Below are positions 1-8,211 of a stretch of DNA of 64,000 bases, one piece after another. Origin of the DNA: a virus. Every line of letters starts with the position of its first letter. Position 1 is the stretch's first letter. The translations under genes and the position numbers were made by a program. The stretch lies in IMG/VR virus record IMGVR_UViG_3300045988_162372; one strand, given 5' to 3'. The notes under the pieces were generated by a model. It had not been told where the DNA came from and made no database searches. It saw only the letters and a list, made by a program, of their open reading frames with translations.

Positions 1-104
1 TTATAAGTGGGGAATGATACCGCTTTACTTGTGTTTTTTGAAAACACTCCATGTTCACAAAGGTAGGAATTTTCTTCGATGTTTTTTACAACAAAACGTG
101 ACAT
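1..104 (-). CDS. hypothetical protein, partial (continues past window start)
   Basis: Minus-strand ATG at 104-102, frame open to position 1; promoter box at 137-144 upstream. Confidence 0.35.
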   Translation of the reverse strand, partial: MSRFVVKNIEENSYLCEHGVFSKNTSKAVSFPTY

Positions 105-136
105 AACTTTATTGTTTTTATTTGTTTTCTCTTTTG

Positions 137-144
137 CAAAGGTA
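137..144 (-). promoter_or_regulatory. -7 promoter box TAnnTTTG
   Basis: rc = TAccTTTG upstream of minus-strand ATG at 104. Confidence 0.55.
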
Positions 145-197
145 ATACATTTTCCTTTATTACCAAAATTTTTAGAGTATTTTTTCCTTAAAAATAG

Positions 198-419
198 TTA
201 ACGTGTTTTTGTCCACTGATAAAATTTAGTATGAGAATTATAATGGTAATAACCATATTTTTTCAGTTCTGAAGCTTTTGGGAAATAGCTATCTGCAAGC
301 TGATAGTCTTCTTTTGTGTTCTCTGTACGATTATTTACGATTTTAGATTTTTCAAGGAACTCTTTACGTTGTTGTTCCATGAAATTAATAAAAGCTTTAG
401 CCGTATAAGTAGTAACCAT
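198..419 (-). CDS. hypothetical protein (73 aa)
   Basis: ORF track; rc AGGAGG about 8 nt upstream of ATG; promoter box 471-478. Confidence 0.7.
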   Translation of the reverse strand: MVTTYTAKAFINFMEQQRKEFLEKSKIVNNRTENTKEDYQLADSYFPKASELKKYGYYHYNSHTKFYQWTKTR

Positions 420-470
420 AATTTAAACCTCCTATTTTAAAATAATAACTTTATTTCCTTATCTCTGATG

Positions 471-478
471 CAAAGGTA
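471..478 (-). promoter_or_regulatory. -7 promoter box TAnnTTTG
   Basis: rc = TAccTTTG(CA) upstream of ATG 419. Confidence 0.65.
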
Positions 479-511
479 ATACTTTTATATGGATTATCCA
501 AATTTTTATTG

Positions 512-763
512 TTAAAGAACGTTAACTGAATAGCCTATCATTTCAAGTTCTTTTTTCAACGGTGTATACTCTTCCTTACTTGCCTTTTCAAGTTCATTTA
601 CAAGACATTCCATGCACATACCATGTTGACCCATGTGCATATAAGACATTACTTCAGCTTTGCTATCTTTTGCAACGGGATAAATGTTCAGGAAAATAGC
701 AATTACTTCACCATCCTCAAACTTTCTGAATGCTACGTTGATTTTATTCATTTCCTTTTCCAT
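512..763 (-). CDS. hypothetical protein (83 aa)
   Basis: ORF track; promoter box 788-795. Confidence 0.7.
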   Translation of the reverse strand: MEKEMNKINVAFRKFEDGEVIAIFLNIYPVAKDSKAEVMSYMHMGQHGMCMECLVNELEKASKEEYTPLKKELEMIGYSVNVL

Positions 764-787
764 ATTGTTTATCTCTTAATCGTGATG

Positions 788-795
788 CAAAGATA
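788..795 (-). promoter_or_regulatory. -7 promoter box TAnnTTTG
   Basis: rc = TAtcTTTG(CA) upstream of ATG 763. Confidence 0.65.
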
Positions 796-917
796 AGGAG
801 TTTATTTCATATATCCAAAGAAAATCTGGATTTTAACGTTGATTTAACCAATCAATATCTTTTTGTTAATAAATTATAAAAAACTATCTGAAATTTGGTC
901 ATGTCGAAAATAATGCT

Positions 918-925
918 TATCTTTG
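918..925 (+). promoter_or_regulatory. -7 promoter box TAnnTTTG (drives sRNA copy A)
   Basis: TAtcTTTG on + strand with no ORF downstream. Confidence 0.55.
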
Positions 926-930
926 TAATG

Positions 931-1059
931 TGAAAAGGAAAACAGGTAGGCAAAGGTAAAACTTTGAAGTATTGTCTCCTTTAGAGCTAATCTATAATTG
1001 TTATCATATATTAAAAATACCTTACCAACATTAAAGTCAGTAAGGTATTACTTTTTTTT
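931..1059 (+). ncRNA. candidate sRNA, family copy A
   Basis: Promoter 918-925; hairpin CAAAG-GTAAAA-CTTTG 951-966; tail AAGTATTGTCTCCTTT 967-982; terminator 1018-1059; no ORF. Confidence 0.5.
1018..1059. terminator. rho-independent terminator (bidirectional position)
   Basis: Stem ATACCTTAC/GTAAGGTAT then T8; sits between sRNA A (+) and gene 1071-1316 (-). Confidence 0.7.
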
Positions 1060-1070
1060 CTTTTAGAGCT

Positions 1071-1316
1071 TTACAGATACAAATTTATCCATCTTGAAAT
1101 AGCTTCACTTTGCGTCAAATCATGTCTGTTATATATGGCATTTATTTCGTCTATGACGTTATCTGCCTCATCACCTTGAAAATAATATGATTCATTCTCA
1201 TCATTGATATTCTCAAAATAAGCATAAGACAAAGATGTATTTATTTCAACGTTGAAACCGTTTACATCTTTATATTTGCCGTTAAGCCACGTAGGGGAAA
1301 GCATTTCTTTATTCAT
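1071..1316 (-). CDS. hypothetical protein (81 aa)
   Basis: ORF track; promoter box 1344-1351. Confidence 0.7.
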   Translation of the reverse strand: MNKEMLSPTWLNGKYKDVNGFNVEINTSLSYAYFENINDENESYYFQGDEADNVIDEINAIYNRHDLTQSEAISRWINLYL

Positions 1317-1343
1317 ATCTATATTGTTTTAATTATTACACCA

Positions 1344-1351
1344 CAAAGGTA
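1344..1351 (-). promoter_or_regulatory. -7 promoter box TAnnTTTG
   Basis: rc = TAccTTTG upstream of ATG 1316. Confidence 0.6.
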
Positions 1352-1400
1352 CAAAAAATAAATGAAACCTCCAAGTTAATGGAGGTTAATCATTTGTTAA

Positions 1401-1673
1401 TTATGCCTTAATAAAGAAGATAGGATATTTGCCCCGTTCATTATCACAATTATAATAACGGTAGTCATTGATTACATTCTCAAATGTACTATCGTAAACA
1501 TCTTTGTTTTTATTTATAGGACACGGCGACTGCCACATATTATTAGGGCGCATATTGCAAGAAAGTAAATAAACCGTTTCTCCACGTTCATAAGCGTTTT
1601 TAGCGGCTATTTTATTCACTTGCTTTACTTTTTCACCATACATTTCCAAAACTTCACCTTTGTAACGTAACAT
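1401..1673 (-). CDS. hypothetical protein (90 aa)
   Basis: ORF track; promoter box 1721-1728. Confidence 0.7.
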   Translation of the reverse strand: MLRYKGEVLEMYGEKVKQVNKIAAKNAYERGETVYLLSCNMRPNNMWQSPCPINKNKDVYDSTFENVINDYRYYNCDNERGKYPIFFIKA

Positions 1674-1720
1674 ATCTTTTGAATTTTATTTGTTAGACAT
1701 CTTTGTTTTTTATCACAGTG

Positions 1721-1728
1721 CAAAGATA
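1721..1728 (-). promoter_or_regulatory. -7 promoter box TAnnTTTG
   Basis: rc = TAtcTTTG(CA) upstream of ATG 1673. Confidence 0.65.
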
Positions 1729-1860
1729 ACACATTTATTTGAATTCACCAAGCGTTTTCCAGTTTTAACATTAAATTAACCATCTAATATATTTCTGTTA
1801 AACAATGTTATAGCAAAGGAAATTCTATCTGAAAAATTTTGTAGTATGGAAAATTATCAC

Positions 1861-1868
1861 TACCTTTG
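1861..1868 (+). promoter_or_regulatory. -7 promoter box TAnnTTTG (drives sRNA copy B)
   Basis: TAccTTTG; upstream about 30 nt near-identical to promoters at 21291 and 46726. Confidence 0.55.
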
Positions 1869-1873
1869 TAGTG

Positions 1874-1990
1874 TAAAAAGAAAGATAGGGCAAGAGTGAA
1901 ATCTTGAAGTATAATCTCCTTTACGGCTTATTTTTTATAGTTATTGAATATTAAAAAATCCTCAACAATGTTACTTGCCGAGGATTTCTT
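1874..1990 (+). ncRNA. candidate sRNA, family copy B
   Basis: Hairpin CAAGA-GTGAAA-TCTTG 1891-1906; tail AAGTATAATCTCCTTT 1907-1922; hairpin AATCCTC/GAGGATT 1957-1986 + T-rich; no ORF. Confidence 0.5.
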
Positions 1991-2003
1991 GCGTTAAGGC
2001 TTA

Positions 2004-2294
2004 TTAAGCCTTTTTCACATATCTATGCAAACTATCTGCACACATTGGCACGTTATTTGCAGGTATTACGTTTTCATTACGCAAAGCATAACGAAGGTAG
2101 TATTGATGGCGACTTGTTGAAACGCTGTATTTTGTTTCATTCATAATAAAGTTGTAATACCCACGTTCATTTACAAAACGCTCACAAATACAAGTATTGT
2201 AAGAATATAGACGGTTATTGAATATCCGCATATTGCTTCCGTTACCTTCGTTTGCACCATTCACGAATCTTTCACACAAAACTGAATTTTTCAT
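2004..2294 (-). CDS. hypothetical protein (96 aa)
   Basis: ORF track; rc AGGAGG upstream; promoter box 2352-2359. Confidence 0.7.
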   Translation of the reverse strand: MKNSVLCERFVNGANEGNGSNMRIFNNRLYSYNTCICERFVNERGYYNFIMNETKYSVSTSRHQYYLRYALRNENVIPANNVPMCADSLHRYVKKA

Positions 2295-2351
2295 AATTGA
2301 AACCTCCTATTTTATTCGTTAGACTATTTGTTTTATTTCCTAATTGCACTG

Positions 2352-2359
2352 CAAAGGTA
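2352..2359 (-). promoter_or_regulatory. -7 promoter box TAnnTTTG
   Basis: rc = TAccTTTG(CA) upstream of ATG 2294. Confidence 0.65.
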
Positions 2360-2513
2360 GTGAATCCATTTGATATATGCAAATTTTCAGATAGAAATTT
2401 TCTCTAAATAAACATCTTTTAAGATTTATGGTTTGTTTCGTTAAATGGATTTGGCTTATCTGCAATAAATGTGAAATGATGTAAAATTATTTGGCGAATT
2501 CAATTTTTCTTCT

Positions 2514-2521
2514 TACCTTTG
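2514..2521 (+). promoter_or_regulatory. -7 promoter box TAnnTTTG
   Basis: TAccTTTG with TTTG at 2490-2493 (-33 position); upstream of ATG 2553. Confidence 0.65.
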
Positions 2522-2552
2522 CAGCGTTGAAACAATAAAACAAATATAAGAT

Positions 2553-2762
2553 ATGAAACAGATAAACAGATATTATTTAGTGTTTGGTGTATGGTGTGTA
2601 ATACTTGCTTATGCAGTATTTTTCAGCAATAACGTGTATTTTAACGCTATTTTACTTTTCTTTGGTTTTCTTGGATGTGTAACGGCTTATGCCTACATTG
2701 ACGAACATGAAAATGAAAAGGAACGCAAATTTAGTGAAAAAATTGTTAATTTGCTTGGATAA
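2553..2762 (+). CDS. small membrane protein (69 aa, 2 hydrophobic helices)
   Basis: ORF track; hydrophobic segments LVFGVWCVILAYAVFF and AILLFFGFLGCVTAYAYI. Confidence 0.65.
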   Translation: MKQINRYYLVFGVWCVILAYAVFFSNNVYFNAILLFFGFLGCVTAYAYIDEHENEKERKFSEKIVNLLG

Positions 2763-2777
2763 TTCAAATAAAATGAT

Positions 2778-2785
2778 TATCTTTG
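2778..2785 (+). promoter_or_regulatory. -7 promoter box TAnnTTTG
   Basis: TAtcTTTG(CA); AGGAGG at 2803-2808; ATG 2817. Confidence 0.65.
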
Positions 2786-2816
2786 CAACGTAATTAAAAC
2801 ATAGGAGGTAACAAAC

Positions 2817-3029
2817 ATGAAAACAAATTTTTATGTAACCGCAAGTGATAAGGTTTGGGGCGACAAGTTGATCGCCGCTTGTAATAGCCATCAAAAAGCT
2901 CAAGAAATCTTTGATAAGTGGCAAAACCGTAGTGACTTGAAATATGTCAACATACGTTCCACAAAACCGTATTACAAAAAATACGTTATGTATGATGAAA
3001 ACCTTATAGAAATAGAATCTTGTCATTAA
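2817..3029 (+). CDS. hypothetical protein (70 aa)
   Basis: ORF track; strong SD; own promoter. Confidence 0.7.
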   Translation: MKTNFYVTASDKVWGDKLIAACNSHQKAQEIFDKWQNRSDLKYVNIRSTKPYYKKYVMYDENLIEIESCH

Positions 3030-3077
3030 AAGATGTTAAAACATTGGTAAGGATTTGGTTATTTCAAACTTTTTCCT

Positions 3078-3085
3078 TACCTTTG
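3078..3085 (+). promoter_or_regulatory. -7 promoter box TAnnTTTG
   Basis: TAccTTTG upstream of ATG 3132. Confidence 0.6.
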
Positions 3086-3131
3086 TAGAGTAAAAATCAA
3101 AAATCTAACAATCTAAAAATAGATAAGAATT

Positions 3132-3653
3132 ATGGCAACTGGAAATTTTTGTTACGAAAACCGTTGTGTGGTAGTTACAGATGGTGACTACGAAATGGAT
3201 AATCTTCCCGAAATAGGAGAGTGTGTGGATAACTCACGTAATTACCCGTCATATTTGATAGAAGAATTTGAGTTTTGGGATGTTGTCCTAACCGCAGGAT
3301 ATTACGAAGGTGCTTGCATTGACTATATTGAGCATCACAAACATAGCCCTTATGATGTAGTGCAGGGATATATCGGTTATCCTTCTACAAAAAAAGAACT
3401 CTTTAAGGAATGTAAAGAAGCATTCGGTCTGTCAAGACTGAAAATGCAAGCTATTTGCGGAAACGTCGGAGATATGGATATTGATGACTATGTTGAGAAA
3501 GCAACTGAAAAGGTAGGGGAATATCTTGCCGAAAAAGAAGAAAAGGAGGTAAATGAATATATTGACAAGCTGAAAGAAGAATATGGATATGAAGAAGTTT
3601 GCAGAGTTGCAACTTTCAGCAACGGCGAAACAATCTACCGAAAAGTAGGGTAA
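3132..3653 (+). CDS. hypothetical protein (173 aa)
   Basis: ORF track; own promoter. Confidence 0.7.
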   Translation: MATGNFCYENRCVVVTDGDYEMDNLPEIGECVDNSRNYPSYLIEEFEFWDVVLTAGYYEGACIDYIEHHKHSPYDVVQGYIGYPSTKKELFKECKEAFGLSRLKMQAICGNVGDMDIDDYVEKATEKVGEYLAEKEEKEVNEYIDKLKEEYGYEEVCRVATFSNGETIYRKVG

Positions 3654-3692
3654 GAGAAGTAAACATGGGGTAGGGTGAAAATCCCTATCCTA

Positions 3693-3708
3693 TGTACTCA
3701 AATGAGTT
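3693..3708 (+). repeat. dyad motif TGTACTC-N4-GAGTA, copy 1
   Basis: TGTACTCAAATGAGTT, 40 nt after stop of 3132-3653. Confidence 0.8.
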
Positions 3709-3759
3709 CTATTAACATTGTTTAACTAAAAATAATTTGGTAAACACATAGTTTGTTTT

Positions 3760-3767
3760 TATATTTG
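3760..3767 (+). promoter_or_regulatory. -7 promoter box TAnnTTTG
   Basis: TAtaTTTG(CA) upstream of ATG 3785. Confidence 0.6.
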
Positions 3768-3784
3768 CAATGTAATTAAAAGAT

Positions 3785-4090
3785 ATGATTATGAAAGAAA
3801 AGAAATTACCTATTATATTTTATGTTGTTTCATTAGGGTTTGCCTACAAAGATAATTATACTATATGTTTTAATGCTAAAGAAATCAAAAATGCGTTGGA
3901 TAAGTATATTAAGGTTGGGGAAAACACTAATAATGATATCATAATAAAGGTATATCGAATCGAAAATAGACATATACTTGAGGATTTTTCTAGAAGAAAA
4001 TTTGTAGAATTGTATCTTTCAGATGTAAATTATTTTAGTAATGGTTTAAAACATATTGAAGAGATAAGTATAAATTTGAATGAAGAATAA
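3785..4090 (+). CDS. hypothetical protein (101 aa)
   Basis: ORF track. Confidence 0.65.
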   Translation: MIMKEKKLPIIFYVVSLGFAYKDNYTICFNAKEIKNALDKYIKVGENTNNDIIIKVYRIENRHILEDFSRRKFVELYLSDVNYFSNGLKHIEEISINLNEE

Positions 4091-4096
4091 AGGTGT

Positions 4097-4112
4097 TGTA
4101 CTCAAATGAGTA
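4097..4112 (+). repeat. dyad motif TGTACTC-N4-GAGTA, copy 2
   Basis: TGTACTCAAATGAGTA, 7 nt after stop 4090. Confidence 0.8.
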
Positions 4113-4163
4113 TCAAATAACATTTATTAACGATAAAAATTTGGTTATATCAAGATAAAGTAT

Positions 4164-4171
4164 TAACTTTG
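4164..4171 (+). promoter_or_regulatory. -7 promoter box TAnnTTTG
   Basis: TAacTTTG(CA) upstream of ATG 4202. Confidence 0.6.
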
Positions 4172-4201
4172 CAGTGTCGAACGAAAAAAGATAATAAAGC
4201 A

Positions 4202-4372
4202 ATGGAAGAAAGAGATTATATTATCATTAGAGAGAACGGCAAACCTTTGACTTTCAAGGACGGACAGACGGTTGTCTATGGGAGTTATGAAGAGGCTAAG
4301 GACGATTTATGCAAGACTGACCTTTGCATTATGCCCTTGGAAGACTATAACAAGATTATCAATAAACATTAA
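4202..4372 (+). CDS. hypothetical protein (56 aa)
   Basis: ORF 4169-4372 trimmed to first ATG downstream of the promoter box, which lies inside the longer call. Confidence 0.6.
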   Translation: MEERDYIIIRENGKPLTFKDGQTVVYGSYEEAKDDLCKTDLCIMPLEDYNKIINKH

Positions 4373-4391
4373 TAAAATAGGAGGTAATAAT

Positions 4392-4664
4392 ATGAAAGTG
4401 TATGTCATTGTAAGTAACGAGAATAATTTGGGTGAGTTGACTACAAATTGCGAAGGTGTGTTCCTGTCAAAAGACAAGGCGTTGGAACAACTCAAAAAGA
4501 ACGGGGAAGACCTTATGAATGATGAGGATTTTACAGATGAGGAATATGACAAGTATGTGGACGAAGATTGTAATGACTTCAACTTCACGGCAATGAACAA
4601 GGATAACGGTGAAATTGAATATACAATGTATCAATGCGTCCTTGAAAAGGAAATAACCGAATGA
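4392..4664 (+). CDS. hypothetical protein (90 aa)
   Basis: ORF 4272-4664 trimmed to the ATG preceded by TAGGAGGT; N-terminus MKVY... resembles 16187-16393. Confidence 0.65.
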   Translation: MKVYVIVSNENNLGELTTNCEGVFLSKDKALEQLKKNGEDLMNDEDFTDEEYDKYVDEDCNDFNFTAMNKDNGEIEYTMYQCVLEKEITE

Positions 4665-4666
4665 TA

Positions 4667-4682
4667 TGTACTCAAATGAGTA
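4667..4682 (+). repeat. dyad motif TGTACTC-N4-GAGTA, copy 3
   Basis: TGTACTCAAATGAGTA, 3 nt after stop 4664. Confidence 0.8.
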
Positions 4683-4767
4683 TGGTATTCTATTTTTTAA
4701 CGAACTTGAAGAAAAATATTTAGCAAAATTTCAATTTTATTGGCTTGCAATTAACAATTAAATTCAC

Positions 4768-4775
4768 TAATTTTG
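4768..4775 (+). promoter_or_regulatory. -7 promoter box TAnnTTTG
   Basis: TAatTTTG(CA) upstream of ATG 4804. Confidence 0.6.
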
Positions 4776-4803
4776 CAACGTCAAACAAAAAGATAATAAG
4801 ACT

Positions 4804-4974
4804 ATGGACAAGAGATTTGTATATGTAACGGTTAAGATGGAAATCACTAATCCAAACAAGGAGGTTATCACGGACGAGGATATCGAAAATGTTATCAATG
4901 ATGTTGACTACAACTTCAATGATGTGGATGATTTTCATATCAATACTGAAATTGTAGATTATGAATGCAACTAA
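4804..4974 (+). CDS. hypothetical acidic protein (56 aa), not in ORF track
   Basis: Hand translation MDKRFVYVTVKMEITNPNKEVITDEDIENV...VDYECN*; own promoter; the minus ORF 4720-5010 covering it looks spurious. Confidence 0.5.
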   Translation: MDKRFVYVTVKMEITNPNKEVITDEDIENVINDVDYNFNDVDDFHINTEIVDYECN

Positions 4975-4988
4975 ACACAAAGAATAAT

Positions 4989-5258
4989 ATGATGATATTT
5001 GTAATAACACTTTCAGATAAGAAATTTGATGAGAAATACAGAAATTTCTGTTATAAGAATCTCACATCACTCACAAAGCAATTTAGGGGCGATCTGGAAG
5101 ACTATCTTGATGATATGGATGATTACCTTACCGATAAGGATGAAAAGGAACTAGACGAACTTATTTCACGTCTAACAAAAACTTCAAGTGTAGGCAAAAC
5201 TATGAAATTAAAAGGTCTTGGCATTGAATTCACCTTAAGGAAAGAGGATTTGAAATAA
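4989..5258 (+). CDS. hypothetical protein (89 aa)
   Basis: ORF 4965-5258 trimmed to ATG after the stop of the preceding ORF. Confidence 0.55.
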   Translation: MMIFVITLSDKKFDEKYRNFCYKNLTSLTKQFRGDLEDYLDDMDDYLTDKDEKELDELISRLTKTSSVGKTMKLKGLGIEFTLRKEDLK

Positions 5259-5304
5259 AAACAATTTTTAACGAAAAAGATTTGGTTATATCAAGAATAA
5301 TACG

Positions 5305-5312
5305 TATCTTTG
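5305..5312 (+). promoter_or_regulatory. -7 promoter box TAnnTTTG (drives leader RNA + tRNA)
   Basis: TAtcTTTG(CA); no ORF between it and the tRNA. Confidence 0.6.
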
Positions 5313-5317
5313 CAGTG

Positions 5318-5586
5318 TAAATAAGAAAGAGAGAGAGTGATAAACTTTATGCTTGGCTAGCCCTTCGGATGTATTTGGTCGGATATGTTCGTCGTTTAAT
5401 TAAGGAAGCTACAATTCCCTTACGACCTTAAATATCAGTTCGCTAACAAACTGATTATGGATAAGGTAGCGTGTTAGCTAACATATAAAGGGCCTGCCAA
5501 AATTAGCCCTAATGATAAAAAACTAGTAAAGACGAAGTTTCTTCTGTTAATATGGTTGGGAAGTTTTAGATAGTCTTAAATTTAGA
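5318..5586 (+). ncRNA. ORF-free structured leader upstream of tRNA (candidate ncRNA)
   Basis: Several hairpins, e.g. ATCAGTT/AACTGAT 5434-5456, palindrome GTTAGCTAAC, AGGGC/GCCCT; no coding potential. Confidence 0.4.
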
Positions 5587-5660
5587 GGGCCTGTAACTCA
5601 GTCGGTAAGAGTAACTGACTCATAATCAGGAGGTCGCAGGTTCAAGCCCTGCCAGGCCCA
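5587..5660 (+). tRNA. tRNA with CAU anticodon (elongator Met or Ile2/lysidine type)
   Basis: Hand-folded cloverleaf: acceptor GGGCCTG/CAGGCCC, D stem ACTC/GAGT, anticodon loop CTCATAA, T stem GCAGG/CCTGC, T loop TTCAAGC, A73; no encoded CCA. Confidence 0.9.
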
Positions 5661-5665
5661 CACAA

Positions 5666-5681
5666 TGTACTCAATCGAGTA
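5666..5681 (+). repeat. dyad motif TGTACTC-N4-GAGTA, copy 4
   Basis: TGTACTCAATCGAGTA, 6 nt after tRNA 3' end. Confidence 0.8.
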
Positions 5682-5737
5682 TGGTATATTTAACAAATAA
5701 TTAACACGAAAAACTTGCAGGGTTGAAGAAAACTTCG

Positions 5738-5745
5738 TATCTTTG
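5738..5745 (+). promoter_or_regulatory. -7 promoter box TAnnTTTG
   Basis: TAtcTTTG(CA) upstream of ATG 5803. Confidence 0.65.
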
Positions 5746-5802
5746 CAATGTTGAAAGAGAAAATAAAAGGTCAAACATTAAAAAACATAGGAGATTAAGA
5801 CA

Positions 5803-6252
5803 ATGAACATTTCAGTTAAGTTTGGAACATTCAACGTGGTAGAGAACAAGGAAAACAACGGTATTTCTATCTATAACGGTAACAATAAAGTTCTAGACAT
5901 TGCCAACATTAATTGGTGGGATAAGGACGCTATTGAAAATGCAATGTATGCCAAAGAAAGCCTTATCAAAGAACGTAATAAAGACTACAGAGATGTAAAG
6001 ATCGAGAGCCTTAATCAAGCTATTGAGGCTATGAAAAAGATACATGAAAACGAAATCAACAAGTGGAAAGAAAGATATCGTGTACTGGCTGAAAGCAAGA
6101 ACAACATTTCAATCAATGATGGAAATGTGGTTGAGGTGCTTGAAACTGCTAATAATGTGTTGAAGAATATTTCAGATAAGAAGAATAGAGGATTTGTTTG
6201 TAGTCGTGTATCACAAGTTATCAACAAACTTCGTTCTATCACTGCTGAATAA
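5803..6252 (+). CDS. hypothetical protein (149 aa)
   Basis: ORF track; SD TAGGAGAT; own promoter. Confidence 0.7.
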   Translation: MNISVKFGTFNVVENKENNGISIYNGNNKVLDIANINWWDKDAIENAMYAKESLIKERNKDYRDVKIESLNQAIEAMKKIHENEINKWKERYRVLAESKNNISINDGNVVEVLETANNVLKNISDKKNRGFVCSRVSQVINKLRSITAE

Positions 6253-6436
6253 AACAAAATATTAACGGGATGCCTTTTCACAAGCCCGTATTCAGAAAAG
6301 TCAAAGAGGTTGTTTTAGTGTAACGTCCGCTTAAAACGTAAAACATTTCCTCCGCAGGGTTGATTGCTATCCTAATTGGTTCGTTAAGACCCTTGATTTA
6401 TATTGTTTATTAACATTAAAAGATATCATAATCATT

Positions 6437-6589
6437 ATGAAAGTACAAGAGAAAAAGAAAACAAATCAAGAGTTGAGAACTGCAAAGAAATTGAAAGGTG
6501 TGTATAAACACTGTATCAATATACTTTCATCCTCACCCAATGCAAAGCATATTGTTAAAAATATCGAGGCGAAGATGAAAAGTATTTAA
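6437..6589 (+). CDS. hypothetical basic protein (50 aa), not in ORF track
   Basis: Hand translation MKVQEKKKTNQELRTAKKLKGVYKHC...; no clear promoter or SD. Confidence 0.3.
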   Translation: MKVQEKKKTNQELRTAKKLKGVYKHCINILSSSPNAKHIVKNIEAKMKSI

Positions 6590-6711
6590 AACCTCCTATG
6601 TTGAAAAGGGGTAGGCAAAATTCTTATCAAGTATATATAAGCTATCATTGCGATTAAAGTCCTACCCCTTTGTTCTTATCACAAAAAAAAAATGATTGTT
6701 AGATTATGAAG

Positions 6712-6744
6712 TAGCACCGTCTGTGAAGATAGTGCTATTTTTTT
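6712..6744 (+). terminator. rho-independent terminator
   Basis: Stem TAGCAC/GTGCTA followed by T7. Confidence 0.65.
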
Positions 6745-6753
6745 ATACCTATA

Positions 6754-6769
6754 TGTACTCGATTGAGTA
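6754..6769 (+). repeat. dyad motif TGTACTC-N4-GAGTA, copy 5
   Basis: TGTACTCGATTGAGTA. Confidence 0.8.
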
Positions 6770-6843
6770 TTGTTATTCCAATTTATTAACTATTCGTTTA
6801 TTTTTATTTAACCTAAATAATTTGGTTGATATATCAAATATTA

Positions 6844-6851
6844 TTACCTTT
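6844..6851 (+). promoter_or_regulatory. -7 promoter box TAnnTTTG
   Basis: TAccTTTG(CA); about 150-nt leader with long-range pairing AGCCCCT 6871-6877 / AGGGGCT 6938-6944 before ATG 7003. Confidence 0.6.
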
Positions 6852-7002
6852 GCACATAAAAAGCTAAATTAGCCCCTATAATCAATTATCTATTATTAAA
6901 TGATAATTCTATCATAAGAAATAAGATAATGAAATTGAGGGGCTGAAAATAGCATTAAATCATATTATGATAATACATAAACTAATAAACGTATATTAAA
7001 GT

Positions 7003-8211
7003 ATGAAGAAAGATTTAATTGGCAAATGGTATAACCCAGACCTTACAGACGAGCAAAATGTTTCTTTATTAAAGGAACATGGTATTAGCATTTCAAAAAG
7101 AACATTGATTACTTGGAGAAAAAATCAAGGTATCGCAAAACAGCGTGGAGGTGATAGAAAAAGTATAGATTTTAAAAATCAAAGTGCAATTTTCAAAGTG
7201 CAAAATATTGCAGATAAATCAAAGTGCAATTTTCAAAGTGCAAATTCTTCTGAAAATCAAAGTGAAGAAATCAAAGTGCAATTATTAACTAATCAAAGTG
7301 CAAAAATTACAAAATCAAAGTGCAAAAATCAAGATGCAATTTTAGAAAATCAAAGTATCATTTCTGACCAAAGTATCAAAATCAAAGTATCAAACCCTCT
7401 AAATCAAAGTGCAATTTCAGAAGAAGAAAGTGATGTTCTGGATTGGGATAATGAAGATGAAAAGTTCGTGGAAATAATGCCGAAAGGTAGAATAACAAGT
7501 GAAATGTATGATAAGATGTTCGGCGATGATAGCGTTCCACATTACACTGGAAAAACACCTCCCAAACAAATAACTCTTGAAACTTTCAGAAATGAAACAG
7601 AGGATTTGCCAGTTAAGGATGTTAAGTATTATCTTTCAAAAAATCTTCCCGAAGTGATTGATGATGCAGAGGAATTCAAGAAGTGGATTAACGCCACATT
7701 CTACCTATTGAAAGGTACAAAAAACTGGACTGACTATCTGTTACATAGAGAAACATACAGCAAGATTTTGGCAGCGGCAAATAGAGGGTATAGTGCTGAT
7801 TATGAGAAGGGTACAACCGTTGAACAATGGCAAATTCAAAGGGCAAAGGATAGCTATTATAAAATGTGGGAAAACTATAAATACCCATACTTTGAAAAGA
7901 AATATTCTAACGAACCTTATAATGTCGCTTGCGAGGATTTATATAAGACTTACGGGATTGTTCCAATGAGGTTGGAAGATTACAGAAGAATAATGGATGA
8001 AAAGATGGGAAAGAAACAAGAGAAAATCAATTCAGACCCAAATTGGCAACCGTTCTCAATGAAAGGAAATACATACGCTGATGAGGATTATGACGAAGAT
8101 GAGGAAGAGGAAATTGAAAGAAAGAATTGCGATAAGGATATTTCAAACAAAGCTGTAAACGGAATGACAAATGAAGAAATGATGAGATTTGTTTGTGATG
8201 GAAATTTCTAA
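7003..8211 (+). CDS. putative DNA-binding, replication-initiator-like protein carrying iterons in its own coding sequence
   Basis: N-terminal HTH-like segment (EQNVSLLKEHGISISKRTLITWRKNQG); NQSA/KSKC repeats encoded by 12-nt DNA repeats; acidic C-terminus. Confidence 0.55.
   Translation: MKKDLIGKWYNPDLTDEQNVSLLKEHGISISKRTLITWRKNQGIAKQRGGDRKSIDFKNQSAIFKVQNIADKSKCNFQSANSSENQSEEIKVQLLTNQSAKITKSKCKNQDAILENQSIISDQSIKIKVSNPLNQSAISEEESDVLDWDNEDEKFVEIMPKGRITSEMYDKMFGDDSVPHYTGKTPPKQITLETFRNETEDLPVKDVKYYLSKNLPEVIDDAEEFKKWINATFYLLKGTKNWTDYLLHRETYSKILAAANRGYSADYEKGTTVEQWQIQRAKDSYYKMWENYKYPYFEKKYSNEPYNVACEDLYKTYGIVPMRLEDYRRIMDEKMGKKQEKINSDPNWQPFSMKGNTYADEDYDEDEEEEIERKNCDKDISNKAVNGMTNEEMMRFVCDGNF
7178..7413 (+). 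repeat. iteron cluster 1: 13 copies of ATCAAAGTGCAA / ATCAAAGTATCA
   Basis: Copies counted by eye at 7178, 7193, 7218, 7233, 7256, 7270, 7292, 7314, 7328, 7349, 7367, 7381, 7402. Confidence 0.85.

Noticed and set aside
5587-5660. tRNA(CAU) as an initiator tRNA partnering with the phage Fmt
   Set aside because: The 1-72 pair is a normal G-C, and the anticodon stem lacks the three consecutive G-C pairs characteristic of bacterial initiators. It is elongator Met or Ile2 type.
6253-6436. Relatively GC-rich ORF-free stretch with hairpins (ACGGG/CCCGT; GTTTTA/TAAAAC), considered as an ncRNA or riboswitch
   Set aside because: There is no promoter box, no repeat elsewhere in the window, and no motif I recognise. 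The evidence is too weak to call it more than a terminator-like hairpin plus spacer.
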